DNA from: Trichodelitschia bisporula
Lineage: Eukaryota
NCBI GenBank assembly: GCA_010356995.1
Contig: ML996691.1
Location: forward strand, 378,174-442,173
Length of the DNA: 64,000 nt
Reading direction: 5' to 3'
Shown piece after piece: positions 37,097-50,567 of this stretch. Below the pieces are notes generated by a model, which saw nothing but the letters and a program-made list of their open reading frames with translations, was not told where the DNA came from and did not search any database. The position numbers and the translations under genes are program-made. The stretch's first letter is position 1. Each line of letters starts with the position of its first letter.

Positions 37097-40000
37097 ATGG
37101 ATGAGCGCATAGATTTTGACATCAACGAGGCGCTGAAGCAGTACCTCAGCGACCCCTCCGTCATCCCTACTCCCGAAGCGCCATCCGACCTAGTCGACCG
37201 CGAAAATGACCCCGAGTCTCTCACAACAGCGCTGATCAACAGCGCATTAGATCCGGTGGTCGATGCCGTCGCGGAGAATGCAGATGCCATCACGCGGCGG
37301 GTCAATTTCGATACACTCCAGTTTCTCCTCAAGTGCGCTCCCATTATCCCCCCTAACCTCCTGGAAGGAAGACCGGTCCCTAACTGTCCTCTTTTCGTCC
37401 AATCTAGAACCTCATCCTTCATACCGCCTAGCTCCTTAAGCAAGATCTTGGACCTCCTCGTCTCCAGTCTGTCCGTTGAGGCGGATCTCGCACATGCGGA
37501 CCTGGAGGCGGAAGACCAGGAGAGCATCCAGTACCACAAGCAGCAGCTCGAGGCCTTCGGCTTCCTACTACAATGGACTATCGCGGCAGTCGAAACAAAG
37601 GCAGCGGAGAAGCCCGCTACAACAGGGCGGGGCAGAGGCGGCAAGGCGGCCAAGGGCAGGAGTAGCAAAGACGGCACATGGGACTTCACGACGCAGGTGC
37701 AAAAGGCGCTGGAGATCATGAGTAAAGTGCTCAAGCTCAAGCTGGCCCGGATATTCCACACAACGTCAGAGCGAGACAATTTCGTCAGCCTCTTCACGCG
37801 GCCGGTGTACTTGGTCCTGGAGAGCGAGGCACGGGTGAAGAATGTAGCGGTTAAGATGCACGCCTTCCGGGTGCTCTGTATAGCGGTCAAGCACCATGGC
37901 CACGCTTTTGGTAAGCCCGCTGGAACGTTGCGCACCATGGCTAACAGAGGCAAGCGGCGCAAACGTCCGTCGTCCAGAGCCTCTCTTACTTCGAGCATCT
38001 CTCCGAGCCCATGGCCGAGTTCCTGCAGATCGTCTCCGAGCAATACGACTACCCGCAACTGACGGAAGAAGTCTTGCGTGAGCTCAGCAACAAGGAGTTC
38101 AACAGCAACGACGCCAAAGGACCCAAGTCCATATCGACTTTTATCGCGAAGCTTTCGGAACTCATTCCGCGCGTCGTTATTAAGCACATGATGCTGTTGG
38201 CGAAGTTTCTAGAGAGTGATTCCTACACCCTGCGCTGCGCCATCATTGAAGTCTGCGGCAATCTGATCAGTATGCTGAGCAAAGAGGAAGACGGCGAGAG
38301 CAGCCAAAACACCCAGGATCAAATCGAGGTCTTCTTCGATGTGCTAGAAGAACGCTTCCTCGACCTGAATCCCTACTGCCGCTGCCGCGCCATCCAGGTC
38401 TACATCAAGTTATGCGATTTGGAAACGAAATTCCCGAAGCGTCGGCAGACGGCCGCTGAGCTCGCGACACGCAGTCTCGAGGACAAGAGTAGCAACGTAC
38501 GCCGGAATGCGATCAAGCTGCTCAGCAAACTGATTTCGACGCATCCGTTCTCGATCATGCATGGTGGTTTGCTCTCGTTGTCGGAGTGGAATGCCCGGCT
38601 TGCGGCCGTGGATGCCGAGATCAACTCCCTGAAGCCGCCTGCTGAGCTGGAGGAACATGCCCCTGGGGATCAGACTGTGGACACCGCTCTGCTGGATGAT
38701 GCGACGCAGATGGAACCCGAGCAGGCTCTCGAGATGACAGATGAGCAGCGCATCGCCGCCTTCGAGAAGGCTCAAGCGGAGGCCGTCACCGCACAAGCAT
38801 TGACTAAGCTCCAGATGACCCGGCGGTACTACCTCGATGCTCTGAAATTCATCGAGGTGCTCCACATGGCCTCGCCCATTGTGACACAACTCCTCTCCTC
38901 CAAAAACAAGAGCGAGATCATTGAAGCCATGGACTTCTTTGTCATCCTCGATGCCTTCAAGGTCGAGACTGCTAGAGATGGCATCCGCCGCATGTTGCGC
39001 CTCATCTGGACCAAGGGCAACAGCGATGAGGGCAAGGGCGTGCAGACGCATCTCATCGAGTGCTACAAGGGTTTATTCTTCGACGCACCGGACTCGTTCA
39101 GCACAAACGACGCCGCCAACTTTGTCTCGCGGAACATGATCAGTCTGACGTTCGGGGCTACCCCGGCTGAACTCACGTCCCTGGAGCAGCTGCTCAGCAC
39201 CATGATGAAGCAAGAACTGGTCAGCGAGCTGGTGGTCCAGAAGCTGTGGCAAGTGTACGGCATCCAGAAGAAGGAGATCTCGAAGAAGCAGCGGTGTGGC
39301 GCTATCATTATCCTCGGCATGCTCGCGCTTGCGGAGCCGGAGATCGTGGTCAAGGAATTGGAGACGTGTCTGCGCATCGGGCTCGGCGAGCTAGGCCGGC
39401 GGGATCTGAATCTCGCAAGGTACACCTGCATCGCGCTTCGCCGGATCAACCTCCTCGGTCGCGCGAGCAAAAACGGGAAGGGAACGTCAGTCGGACGACT
39501 ACCCAACGACCATGCCATTCTTGTGCGCTTAGCCGAGATGACGGAGTTGATCTCCGAGAGCACGGAGTGGTTCGGCGTCGCGGAGCAGGCTATCGGCGCC
39601 ATCTATGCGCTGGCTAAGCACCCTGATAACCTCTGCTCCGAAATTCTTCGCCGGAAGACGAAGTACGTGTTCTCTTTGCAGACACAATCGGCACCTCCAA
39701 GTCCACCTGCAGAGCCAGGTGAAGATGCAATGGACGTCGACGAGCCAGAAGCCACGGTCACAAGCCCAGCAAAGCCCGCAAAGCAACAACGCTCCGCCTC
39801 AGCCCTCTCCCAGCTCCTCTTCATCGTCGGGCACATCGCCATCAAGCAAATCGTGCACCTCGAAATGTGCGAGCAAGAATTTAAGCGGCGCAAGGCAGAA
39901 AAAGAAATGCAGACCAGCAGTAGCACCGCCAAAACGCCACGCAAATCCACCGCTCCGTCCGAGGCCCCGACTCCCGCGAAGAAACGCGGCAAGTCCACGG

Positions 40001-40907
40001 GAGAGAAAGCTGCGGAACCGGAGGAGAAAGACGAACTCGATCTCATCGCCGGCACGACGGAGGATGATTTCACCGAGGCGCTGGCGCACATCCGCGAGCG
40101 TGAGCTGCTGTACGGGCCCAGCAGCCTGCTGGCGCGGTTCGGCCCGCTGGTCACGGAGATTTGCTCCAATAACACGAGTTATGCGGATGCGACGCTGCAG
40201 TCGCAGGCGGCGCTGTGCATGGCTAAGCTCATGTGCGTGAGCTCCGAGTACTGCGAAAGGAATCTTGGTCTTCTGATCACGATTCTGGAAAAGAGTAACG
40301 ATGCCGCCGTGCGCAGTAATCTGGTTGTTGCGCTTGGGGATATGGCTGTGTGTTTCAATCACCTGATTGATGAGAATACAGATTTCTTGTATAGGCGGCT
40401 TAATGACCCGGATGTGTCGGTTAAGCGCACGTGTCTTATGACACTGACGTTTTTGATTCTGGCAGGGCAGGTCAAGGTCAAGGGACAGCTTGGGGAGATG
40501 GCGAAGTGCACGGAGGATCGGGACCCAAGGATCCGGGATATGAGCCGCATGTTCTTTACAGAGCTGGCGACGAAGGATAATGCTGTGTACAACCACTTCG
40601 TCGATATGTTCAGTCTGCTCAGCGCGGACAAGAGCCTGGATGAGGAGGCTTTCCGGCGGATCATCAAGTTCCTGGCTGGGTTTATTGAGAAGGTGAGAAC
40701 TTTGCTGGCTTCTGATATTGGGCTAGATCTAATATGGCGTAGGACAAACACGCCAAACAACTGTCGGCGAAGCTCGCGGCGCGGCTGCAACGGTGCGAGA
40801 ATGAGAGGCAGTGGAACGATGTTGCATACGCGCTGGGGCTGTTGCAGCACAAGGACGAGGAGATTCAGCGGCTGGTTGGGGAGGGGTATAAGGTTGTTCA
40901 CGGGTAG
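37097..40907 (+). CDS. YCS4: Condensin HEAT subunit Ycs4/Cnd1 (CAP-D2)
   Basis: SLEDKSSNVRRNAIKL, RSNLVVALGDMAVCFNHLIDENTDFLYRRL, LILAGQVKVKGQL. Introns 37333-37407, 37911-37954, 40693-40742. Confidence 0.95.
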
Positions 40908-41144
40908 GGCTGGGGGATGGGCTGTGGGTATGAGTTTTGTTGGCGTTTGATACCTTGTGGGCATATGACATGGGAATGATAATGGGATGATTGATGAGCG
41001 AATCTGCTGCTTTGCTCTGGCTGTTGGATCCTGACCTTGCCGTTATGTTGATTAGGTCGGATAATGGGAGCAAAGGCTCTTCACGTGCAAAGTACATGAT
41101 GCGCAAACGTAAGTATCCTCCTATGCTCCTGCCTCCTATCATGC

Positions 41145-41239
41145 GCACATTATATCATGTTCCTTCCTCAGAGTAAGATGCTCCTTACTCCCATATTAAT
41201 GCTCCTGCCTCACGTCTATGGAAACATGATATAATGTGC
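41145..41239. repeat. Perfect 17-bp inverted repeat with 61-nt spacer
   Basis: GCACATTATATCATGTT (41145-41161) and AACATGATATAATGTGC (41223-41239). Confidence 0.85.
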
Positions 41240-42500
41240 TCTGATACTTGGCATCATCGGAGTATTTTAGTCTCGAGCGTCTTTTGACTCTCTTCTTTTC
41301 TTCTTCATGAACTCTTCACTTCACGCAGTACGAGCGTAACCATCTGCACGTATCAAGCCTGCGCTTCCATTATTAAACCGTGTACATATCTCCTAGAGGG
41401 CTTCTATTGGCCTCATAGTTTATTACTCTTCATCTCGACGGCCATCGAGCTGCATCGCAGAGCCTCCATCCACTCACGCGATCAAGGAGAAGTCGGTGCG
41501 GCTGTGCATGCAGCCCGGCTCCATCCAATACATAGGCTAGCCCAAAGGACACTAGCGCAGCCTTGCGTCGTTGAGGAAAGACGGTAAACACCGCCGTCGC
41601 GCTACACGTTTCCTTTTGTGGACGATGTGCATGTTAATATAGCCTATCATGCAGATGCATCATGTCTATTCCGATTCAGTGGGCGAATCAAGCCGATTGA
41701 GGGGCGGAGATTTGGGATTCCAGGCTTTTCGGTGCGGTCACCGCGGTCTGAGTGTAAGGCTTCTCATGCCGCTGCTTCATTTCCACATCTAGCGCCGCAG
41801 CATTGAACAATACAGATGGCAACGACATGTGGCGCAAAACACAGCAACTCCTCGATACGGAAATCGGACGACCAGCCTCCGAATATCGCACGCTAAGGCC
41901 GAGCAGTGCGTCCCGACCGCACTGTCTGACACTCAAGCCGGCGAAACTTAGCCGACGATCAACAACATACCATAGAGTACTCCGTATCAGCAGCGGCTAA
42001 CAGCCGCATCTGTACCACCCCCCACATGTGGCCAGATGCGAGAACGCAGAAGCGAAGAAGCAGAACTGCCTCGCCGCCTCGTGGCCAGGTTTCACTCGCC
42101 CACCTGCGCTGGGCCGCGCCGAGGCTGCACGCCACCTGCAGGCGCACTTCAGCCTCGCTGCTGTGCGTTGCTATCGTATCGTTGCACCGCCTGCCCCCGC
42201 CCGTCCGCCCGCCGGCAAACCTTGATCCTAATGGCGGTTCTGGGAGCGGGGGAGATGCTTCGTTTGGGAGCCGCAGATTGGGACGAGAAAGGCTCCGGGC
42301 GATGCCCTCCACGCCGGTCTGCATGGTAACGCGTGGGTGGGGGGGCGTTGGCCACGTGTGGGCGGGCTTAACTGCGCGTTGTGTTCCCGAGGTGCATGTT
42401 TTCGTTTTGAGCTGGTGGTTTTCGACGTTGCACTTGTTCTGCTCTTCTGTCGAACGCTTATCCAAGTCTTCACGAATTTGTTAGAGGGAACACAGCAACC

Positions 42501-44693
42501 ATGAGCAAGGTCCCTACCGTTCGCCGCAATAGCGGCAGCTCTGACCGCCCCGAGAGTCTGAGACCAGAGTCCATCATGACTACGGGGAGCGACGATGCGA
42601 CGCACGAGACGAATCTGAGGTTCGTAGGCCGTCGCGCGCGCATCACGACCTAATGGCTTCGCAGGGAGGAATTAAAGGAGCGCCATGTGAACATGGTGAG
42701 TTTGCCAGAAGCCCTCTGAACTCAGTAATACTCATCCAGCCTAGTTAGCCTTCTCCACCGTCCTTGGACTGTCAGTTCCCGCATCCCCATCCGCATCCCG
42801 AAGTTGCTGACGCACCCTAGGGGCCTCTTCTTCGGCGGCGGCAAGATCATCGTTCTCGCCGGCCCTGGGCTCGCGGTCATAGCCTACATCCTGATTGGGA
42901 CGGTGCTGTGGACGACGATGGCAACCGTGGGCGAAATGACGGCGCTCTTTCCGGTCCGCGGGCCGCTGTTCGAGTTCCCGCGGCGGTTTCTGGACGAGAG
43001 CATTGGTTTCGCGTGCGCGTGGCTCATGTGGTTCTCGTATGTGATTGCGCTGGCATCGCAGTTGCAGGCCATTGCCAGCGTGTTCCAGTTCCAGGTCGCG
43101 AAGGAGTATCTGGATGAGGTGGGGTGGCCGCATGGCCCGGTGGGGTGGTCCACGCATGCGACGAGCTCGGCAGTATGGGTGGGGATCTTTTTGATCATTA
43201 TGGGGGCCGTGAACTTGCTTCCTGTGAGGTGGTATGGCCGGTTTGAGTATGTGTGCGGGTGTCTGAAGATTATGTTCCTCGTCGGGTTGATTATGTTCAA
43301 CACCATCCTCAACGCGCAGAAGAGGTTCGTTCCCCCTAACTGTGGATAGCAACACAACCTGATCATCAGATTCCATACTTCTCGCTTCTGGACCTACGAC
43401 TCGCCCTACAGCTTCGCCTCGAAGAACTACACTGTACGCGACGGCGTGAACAAATCTTCCGACCCCCTCGTTTACGAGGGCTCGCTAGGCACCTTCGCCG
43501 GGACCTGGAGCGGCATGACACTCATCTTCTTCAGCATGATGGGCTTCGAAGTAATCGCCATCTCCGCCGCCGAAAACAAAGACCTCAAAAACAGCGAAAC
43601 CATCAAGGTCGCCTCGCGCAAGATCTCTCTGCGCGTCATGCTCCTGTACACTCTCGCCATCTTCACGGTGGGTCTGAACGTCCCTGCCGACGATCCAAAC
43701 CTACTCAGGGCAGCGCGTTCTGGTCTCAGCGGCGGCCAGGGCAGTGTGTTCATCCTCAGCGCCATCCGTAACCATCTCCGTTTCTGGCCCGGGTTCTTTA
43801 ATGGCTTCTTTGCGTTCTCGAGTACCAGCACCGGGATCAATAATATATATTGTGCGAGCCGGAGCTTGCATGCCCTCGCCAGCACGCACGATGCCTGGCC
43901 CCGCTGGACCCCCGTCCAGGCGGTGCGGGCGCGCCTCGAGCGGACTTACCATGGCGTGCCGTACGGGGCCGTGTTTGTGAGCTGGGTGTTCGGATTTCTA
44001 GCCTTTACCGCCGTGAGCTCGAAAGCGGCTGATGTACGCATCCCTTCCCTCCGGGGGTCCTTCCTCGTTTATGCTGACCCTTGGGTGACAGAACCTGGAC
44101 AAGATGGCGACGAACAGCACGATTTCCATGCTCATCGTGTACGCGGTGAATAACGCCTCCTACCTCGTCTTCTATCGAGCCATCAACGCCGCAGCCGGGC
44201 GGAGCGACGACCCCGAAGCGCGGAAAGGGGGCTTCAAGCGCGGCGCGCCGGAGTACCCGTACAAGAGCAGCGGGCAGTGGATGCGCGCGACATACGGTTT
44301 AGTCGCAACCTCCATCCTTGCGCTCTTCAACGGGTGGAAGACCTTCGTGCCGCCGTTTGATACGAAGACGTTTGTGGCCGACTACATTAGCGTGAGTTGG
44401 TCTTTCTCTTTTCGAAGGTGGGAAGCTGATGGGTGGCGTAGCTGGTGCTTTTCTTCGCCCTGAGTACGATGTACTTCCTTGGACGGAATGGGCTTAATCC
44501 TGCGAATTGGCAACGCAATGCGACGAAACTGCATGGCCTCGCGCCGACTATGGTTATTTCGGGGGCGAATCGGCCGCTGTGCGGGTTTTGTGATACGAAG
44601 CATCGGAGGGGGCAGTTGAGGTTGCCGGATCGGGGGTTGACAGTGAGGAATAGCAAGGCTGTGGTTGAGTGGCTGGGCGTGTGGATTAAGTAG
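42501..44693 (+). CDS. Amino acid permease (APC superfamily, fungal YAT-like)
   Basis: Spliced LKERHVNMLAFSTVLG(L)GLF..G...LAGP, GEM..LFP, MGFEVIAISAAE, ASRSLHALA, YPYKS; multiple TM segments and several short introns. Confidence 0.88.
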
Positions 44694-45004
44694 TTCTAGA
44701 CCGATTCCCGGGGTGGGAACGTTGGATGTGGCTTGGCGTTGGTACGAGGTGATAGGGCTGGATATATGTAATCTGGTAATTCAGGACGCGATGTAAAATG
44801 CGAGATTTAAGGTTCAAGATTCAAGGTATGTAGAGAGCCCCATTAAATCTAGATCTCTAACCCATGGAATCGCCCAACCACCCTGCGGAGTATCAAACAT
44901 GTCATCGTCACGAATCCCATCCTCGTACTCGACTATGAAACCGAAGCCCACTCCCATTCCCGTTCCCCGTCCTGTAAGCCGAAATCCACTCAACCGTTCC
45001 CTAA

Positions 45005-48000
45005 TCAGTCCCTTTCCACCTCACCCGATAAACTAGTCGTCGCCAAACACGCATCATACACAACCCTCAAATCCACCGTATCAATCTTCGGCTTCGGCCC
45101 CGTAAGCCCCACCTTCTTCAACATAAGCTTCGCCCCCCTCCTCCACACAACAAGCAACAAATCATCCTCCGGCATCCCAAGACAAACTCCCTCCTTACTC
45201 CCCTTCATCTCAGAGCTCAAATCCACAGCAAGCACACACTCCCCACTCCGCCCATCAAGTCGGTAAATCTTATTCGCGCGCCCGTTCTTCAGCGCATAGA
45301 ACGAGCCGCTCGGGCCTTGCGCCGCAACGTCTACGTTCTTAGCGCTTAAACCTTCGAGCACAGCCCTCTGCCCGTTCAGGGAATGGAACGCGTAATACGG
45401 CTTTGAGATATTGGCTGTGAGGAGGGCTTTCGCGCTGTTCGCGTCGTAGAACACGTTCGTTACGCCGGTGTCGTCACCGTATCCTACCGTGACGCTGAAT
45501 GCATTCGGCGCCGTCCTGCGCCGTATTTCGCTGTCTTCACAGCCCCAGATGCGGAGATATACGGCGTGTTTATGCGTATCGTGGATCTCCTGCGTGGCAA
45601 CCAGGAGCCGCCGCGAATCGGACGAGAAATTGAGGACTTGGTAGCGGACCACGGTTCCCGAGTGCGATTCGTGGATCGGGAGCGCGGTGAGGAGGGTTAG
45701 GGCCCCGTCTGCGAAGCGGTAGATTTGGATTGTGGGGCCCCAGCCGAGCGCGATGAGGGTCCCGTCTGGGGAGAGGGCGAGACCGGTGCAGAGGACGCCG
45801 GATTTGGAGAGGAGAGTTGCGGAGGGGGCTTCGTGGCGGATGGAGTTGCTGTCGAAGAGGTAGAGTTTTTGGCCCTAGGGGGGAGGGTTAGCGGGGGAGG
45901 NNNNNNNNNNNNNNNCTTACTTCGCGGCTGTAGTCGGCGAGGACGGCGATGTGTTTCTCACCTGCTGCGACGTACTTGACATTCCCGCCGGCAACGTGGG
46001 TCTCGCGGCCGTTTAAGAGGGAGAGACGCGTTCCGTGCGTGAAGGGCGTGTCGATCTTGAAGATATGCCCGCAGTCCTTTTTCAGCCATAGGAGCAGAGT
46101 CTTGCCGGTGCTTGAGAAGCAATACGCTAGTGAATCAGGCAGGGCCTGTTTCTGCTCCCTCTGTGCCCCGCCACCCCAGAGACCTTTCGTCGGAAAGAAG
46201 CCGCTGAACCGTCCCTTCTTAGACGAGGAGTCGTCAGTGTCGGTAGCCTGACTCAAAGAACGAGAGTGGGAACCATCCGATGCGTCGCTTCTAGGCGACC
46301 GCGGTTGGGAAGAATTGCTCGAGCCGTTGCTATGGTATCTGCCCGGCCTCGGCACAACCTCGGGCGCCTGGGACTCCTCCGGAATTGCTGTGAAGGCCAC
46401 TGAGCGACGCTGAGAACCGGTGACACCTATCGGCCGGGGGGGAACCACGGCAGGGACAGAAACCACTTCTGGCGAGAGGGGCGGCGTGGTACCCTGAACT
46501 CCGGGTATGAGAACTCGGGGCGTCTGACGTGGTAGTGTATTGCTCCTCACGACAGCTTCGGGCGCAGGATTAGAATGCTCAATGAATGGGCTCGGAAAGA
46601 CGGGCGTAGTTTTCCGAGGTTCGGCGTCCTGAGGTGGGATGGGGAGGGGCATAGCAGGCAGCGGCATAGCTGGTAGCGGCGTAGCTGGCAATAATTGAAG
46701 GACGTCGGCGATTTCTGTGAAGGGTTGGATGCATCTTGCCATTGACATTGGGCTTGGGGAGTCGCATTTCGGACAGTTGACGTCGCCAATGATTTCAAAC
46801 GGCTCCGGGCTCAATCCATGCATCTGGAACCATCAGTAAATAGCACTTTCCCGCGCTAGCGGATGAAGGGCAGGAATACCTGAAATCTCGTTCTATCAGT
46901 GGACCTCAAGGTCGACTCAAGCACGAACTTCGAGAGCGGATGCATCTTGTTGCAGTTTACAGCGTAGACCGGGACAAACAGCGGACCTAGTGATTCGACA
47001 CTCTTTCTCTTTTGATCAATATCGTCCGGAAAAGGCTTCGCTTGGGCAGGGGGGCACCAGTCTTGAATTGATTTCAACACTCGGAGCCGGGTCGCTGCAA
47101 GGTCGTCATCAATCTTCGGGGCTGATGCGGGCGGAGCGTGCCGCGGTTGCAAGAACTCCTTGAACGCCCTTAGCTCGGCATCAACTTGGCGTGGCGATAC
47201 TTCGGTAGTCTGGTCGAGCATGAGATGGTAAAGGGACGTCTTCGAAGTCCCATAGGCAGACGACACGGGGTCCAAAAGCGTGCTCGTGGCTGCTAAGCGG
47301 CGGGTCGACCCGCCCTGAATCTCATCGAATATTGCCGACAGTACCCGTGTCATGGTCGCCTGTGATTCGAGAGAAGGCTCAGCGCCATCGACCAAGCCCT
47401 TCACGACAGCCGCTCGCACCGCCCAAGTCACATCATAAAGTGTCCAGTAGGCCTGCAGCCAGTAGCTACGATCCAGTTCCGCCGATATGGCCCGCAGAGC
47501 GTTTTCGGGTTTGTCGTTGTGGTTGCGAGCGTAGGTTATGGTGAAGGGATAGAGTCCGGTGGAGAGCTCTGGGAGCTTAAACAGCCCGCAAGCTAGGTTT
47601 CTCAGAGGGCCACCGTGTTGCGCGCTGTTGATCGATCGTAACGTCTCCGGAAGTATCGTTTGCAGGACGAAGCGTTCCCCATCGGTGAGGCTGCATTGCG
47701 AAACCTGATAGTCCCATTTCTCTACCAGCTCGCGCAACTGCCGCCTGAGGTCCTCGATTTGCGCGTTAGTCAGAACTCCCTGGCGAAGGAGATATGCCCG
47801 GATGGCGGACACCAGCGTTTGAGACACAAGTCGGCGATGCAATGTATATTCAGAGACAAACCCAGGCTTGAAGGCGACATCAAATCCAATTTGAACGATG
47901 CGTTGGATGAAGTCGAAGTGCAGCTCAGGCGAGATGAGATAGGCGTCCAGCTTCTCATTCCAAGGCGGCGCCGAGCAGTTCTGCAGCTGCACACGCTGCA

Positions 48001-48172
48001 AGTCGAAGATTATCCGAAGGCGAACCAAGAGTCGTCGTGCTGGCTGATATCCATCAACATCGGCCGGCAATGAGGGCTTCTCGAAGGCAGCAAAGATCTC
48101 CCGAAGAAGCGCCTCGCAGTCACGGCGTCCGAGAAGCTCACGCCACAGCTCGGCCACGACTTGCACTGCCAT
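45005..48172 (-). CDS. Hypothetical multi-exon protein: helical N-terminus, RING/U-box-like Cys/His module, disordered linker, WD40-like beta-propeller; true start uncertain (may extend to ~48660)
   Basis: ORFs 46856..48172, 45888..46823 and 45005..45652 linked by canonical introns (GTATTC..TACTGAT..CAG near 46879-46824; GTAAG..N gap..GCTAAC..TAG near 45920-45875). Blade-like motifs CFSSTGKTL, ALSPDGTLIALG, NFSSDSRRLLVA. Confidence 0.7.
45901..45915. other. Assembly gap (15 N) inside an intron
   Basis: N run. Confidence 0.99.
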
Positions 48173-50567
48173 TTCGCCGGTTTGCGAGTCTTGTTCAGAG
48201 AGCCACCAATTGTGAGTTGGTACCGCAAGATGAGGAAGTGCAATGAAAAATGTATCCGACGAAACAAGGCGCGCGGAACAACAGAGGGAGAGTCAAGGGC
48301 TGAAGACTGCTTCCAAGATACCCTGCTCAAGCGTGAGGCGGGGGTAGTGGAAACGGAACGAGGCTGGCACCCAGAGGCCACAGTCGACTGAATCGACCAA
48401 TGTCGAGGCCAAACCAGGAAAATGCCTCGAGGACGCCGGAGGCCGTGAAGTACCGTAGACCCTCTGTCAGAAGATTCGCAGCGAAACCGGGGCGGAAGGG
48501 AGTGAAAGAGTGAAACCAGAGCTGGCCAGCAAGACGGACGCCACGCACAGCGGCGGACAACTTGTTCGCTGGACCGTCCAGCCGATGTTTGAGCATATGC
48601 AGTAGCGCTGCGCAGTGCTGCGGTGCTGCGGAGCGGGCGAGCTCCTCCTATCGAAACCGCCCATGGCTGGAGAAGCGCAAGGCTGGGACTTCAGGCTGTC
48701 AGTCGGCGCAAACTCAAGAGCCTAGTGGCGTCTTGTGAAGTGGCGAGAATACTGGAGGATGGAGGAGATACGCCACTATTCTGGCAATACGACTTCCCCA
48801 GTTACCTGGGCGCCACCAGTAAAGCTTCACCGCTGCGGCTGGGTCCTTGCATGATCGCATAAAGAACCTATCCGGCCTTTGCGGTCGTTGACGCCACGGC
48901 GTGCCCCAGAGGAGCCGGGTAAAGCATGCCTAGGCAACTTGGATTTTGGAGTTCGAAAATAGACTGGTGCCGGATTTCGGACGATGCGGAGGCAGAAGGC
49001 TACGGACAACAGCGCGAGAATGTCTCAGATCTCTGGATGTTCTGCACCATTACACTCGAGAGAAGGCTGAGAGTGGGGGTTTCAAGAGATGCACAAGTTT
49101 ATATGACCAACCTTATCGCATTGCAGGTCCGGTGTGAGCATATAGCTTTGATGGAGGGAGGAGATGAGGTTGTACACCCTACCACCGCAGGTACATCGTC
49201 GCCACGTGACTGTGACGAGATACTCGTACCTAGCGACCACCACCTCCATCAATTCAAGTTGATACATGCCTTCATTCACTTATCTAATCCGTCTTCTAAA
49301 GCTCTGGACTACTGCTGAGCTGCTCGATTCTCCATGATGATGTTATTGCAAAATCACGTAGACAGGGATCGCGATGGAGGGTTCTTCACCACGATCGCTT
49401 CTCTCATGTCAGATTTCTCCACTGTTCCAAATTTTAAGACCGGTCGTCCAGACACTGATCAGATGCTCAGAAGACATACGAAGACCGTAAGAGTAGTGTA
49501 TGATATCATCGCCCAAAAGCCACAACCAAGAAGTGGATTTTCCAACACCATTACAGTATCGGGGTTAGGACTTAGGACTAAAAATGCATCGCGATGAACA
49601 CCTTGAAGTCAACGGACACTTTCCCGGCCACGCTATCCTATGGCCGGGGTATGTAAGGCTAGTACGACGCTAAACGTTTTTATCTCGTATTAATCTGATA
49701 TCAAGTTACCGCCTTCGGCGTTGACACTGAATGGTGGGAGCCAAAAGTCACACGACGGCAGAAAGCATTTACGCCTGTATTGGCGTCGTACTGATATACT
49801 ATCACGCTGACATTGGCTAGACGGCCTGTAAGATTAAACCGAGATAAGAACGTTAGCGCCGTACTAACCTTACTTACCCCTGCCATAGGGTACATTGCGG
49901 ATAGATCCAAGGTCCCGCAAGCCGATTTGCCTGCACGTCAAGCCGGAAGGCTCATGAGCCTCGTTGCTTAGCCCTTAATTCCCCGCATTATCAGTCTGAC
50001 TCCACGGGGAATTGCTGACAATCGAAGCAGATCGACTCCTTTGATCGCCGTGTCAGCTGGGGTGTCTGCGCCTCCACACCCCTCCACACCCGCATATCCT
50101 CCGTCCAATTTTGGAACAAGCGTGGCCATGAAACGGACCGTTTCGTACAATACAACGAAGGGGGGAGAACATGTTGCATGATCTACGACATCTCATTCGC
50201 GGTAAAACGATGCAAATGCACCTGTCTGGGGGCAGCGAAGTGTAAACTGCCCACTCATAATTCCCCTAAGCGCGCAGCACCTCACCGACCTGGGACAAGT
50301 GGCCTGGGGCGCGAGTCCAAGCGCACGTTTAAAAGAACATCCGTCCGTCAGACATCGTCTCGCTTTCGCGAATGACACGCTTCTGTTATTCCTCTCTGAA
50401 CAAGGGCGTGACTCACTTTCAAGGGCTGAAAAGAGCTGGATACTGTCGCTTCCAGTCTTGGACCCCACTCTCGCCAACTGCTATAAGTTTGCGGCACCCC
50501 TAAATTATACATCAAATCCATATAGGCTCATCCGAATCCTCCTGGATACCAGGATCAAGAGGCCAAG

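Noticed and set aside
36985..38187. 400-aa - strand ORF and similar long antisense ORFs over SEC24, NAB2 and VTC4
   Set aside because: They overlap well-supported genes on the opposite strand; expected from codon bias.
48700..50500. Short ORFs between the unknown gene and patatin as genes or transposon remnants
   Set aside because: No recognisable motifs, terminal repeats or convincing exon chain; treated as intergenic.
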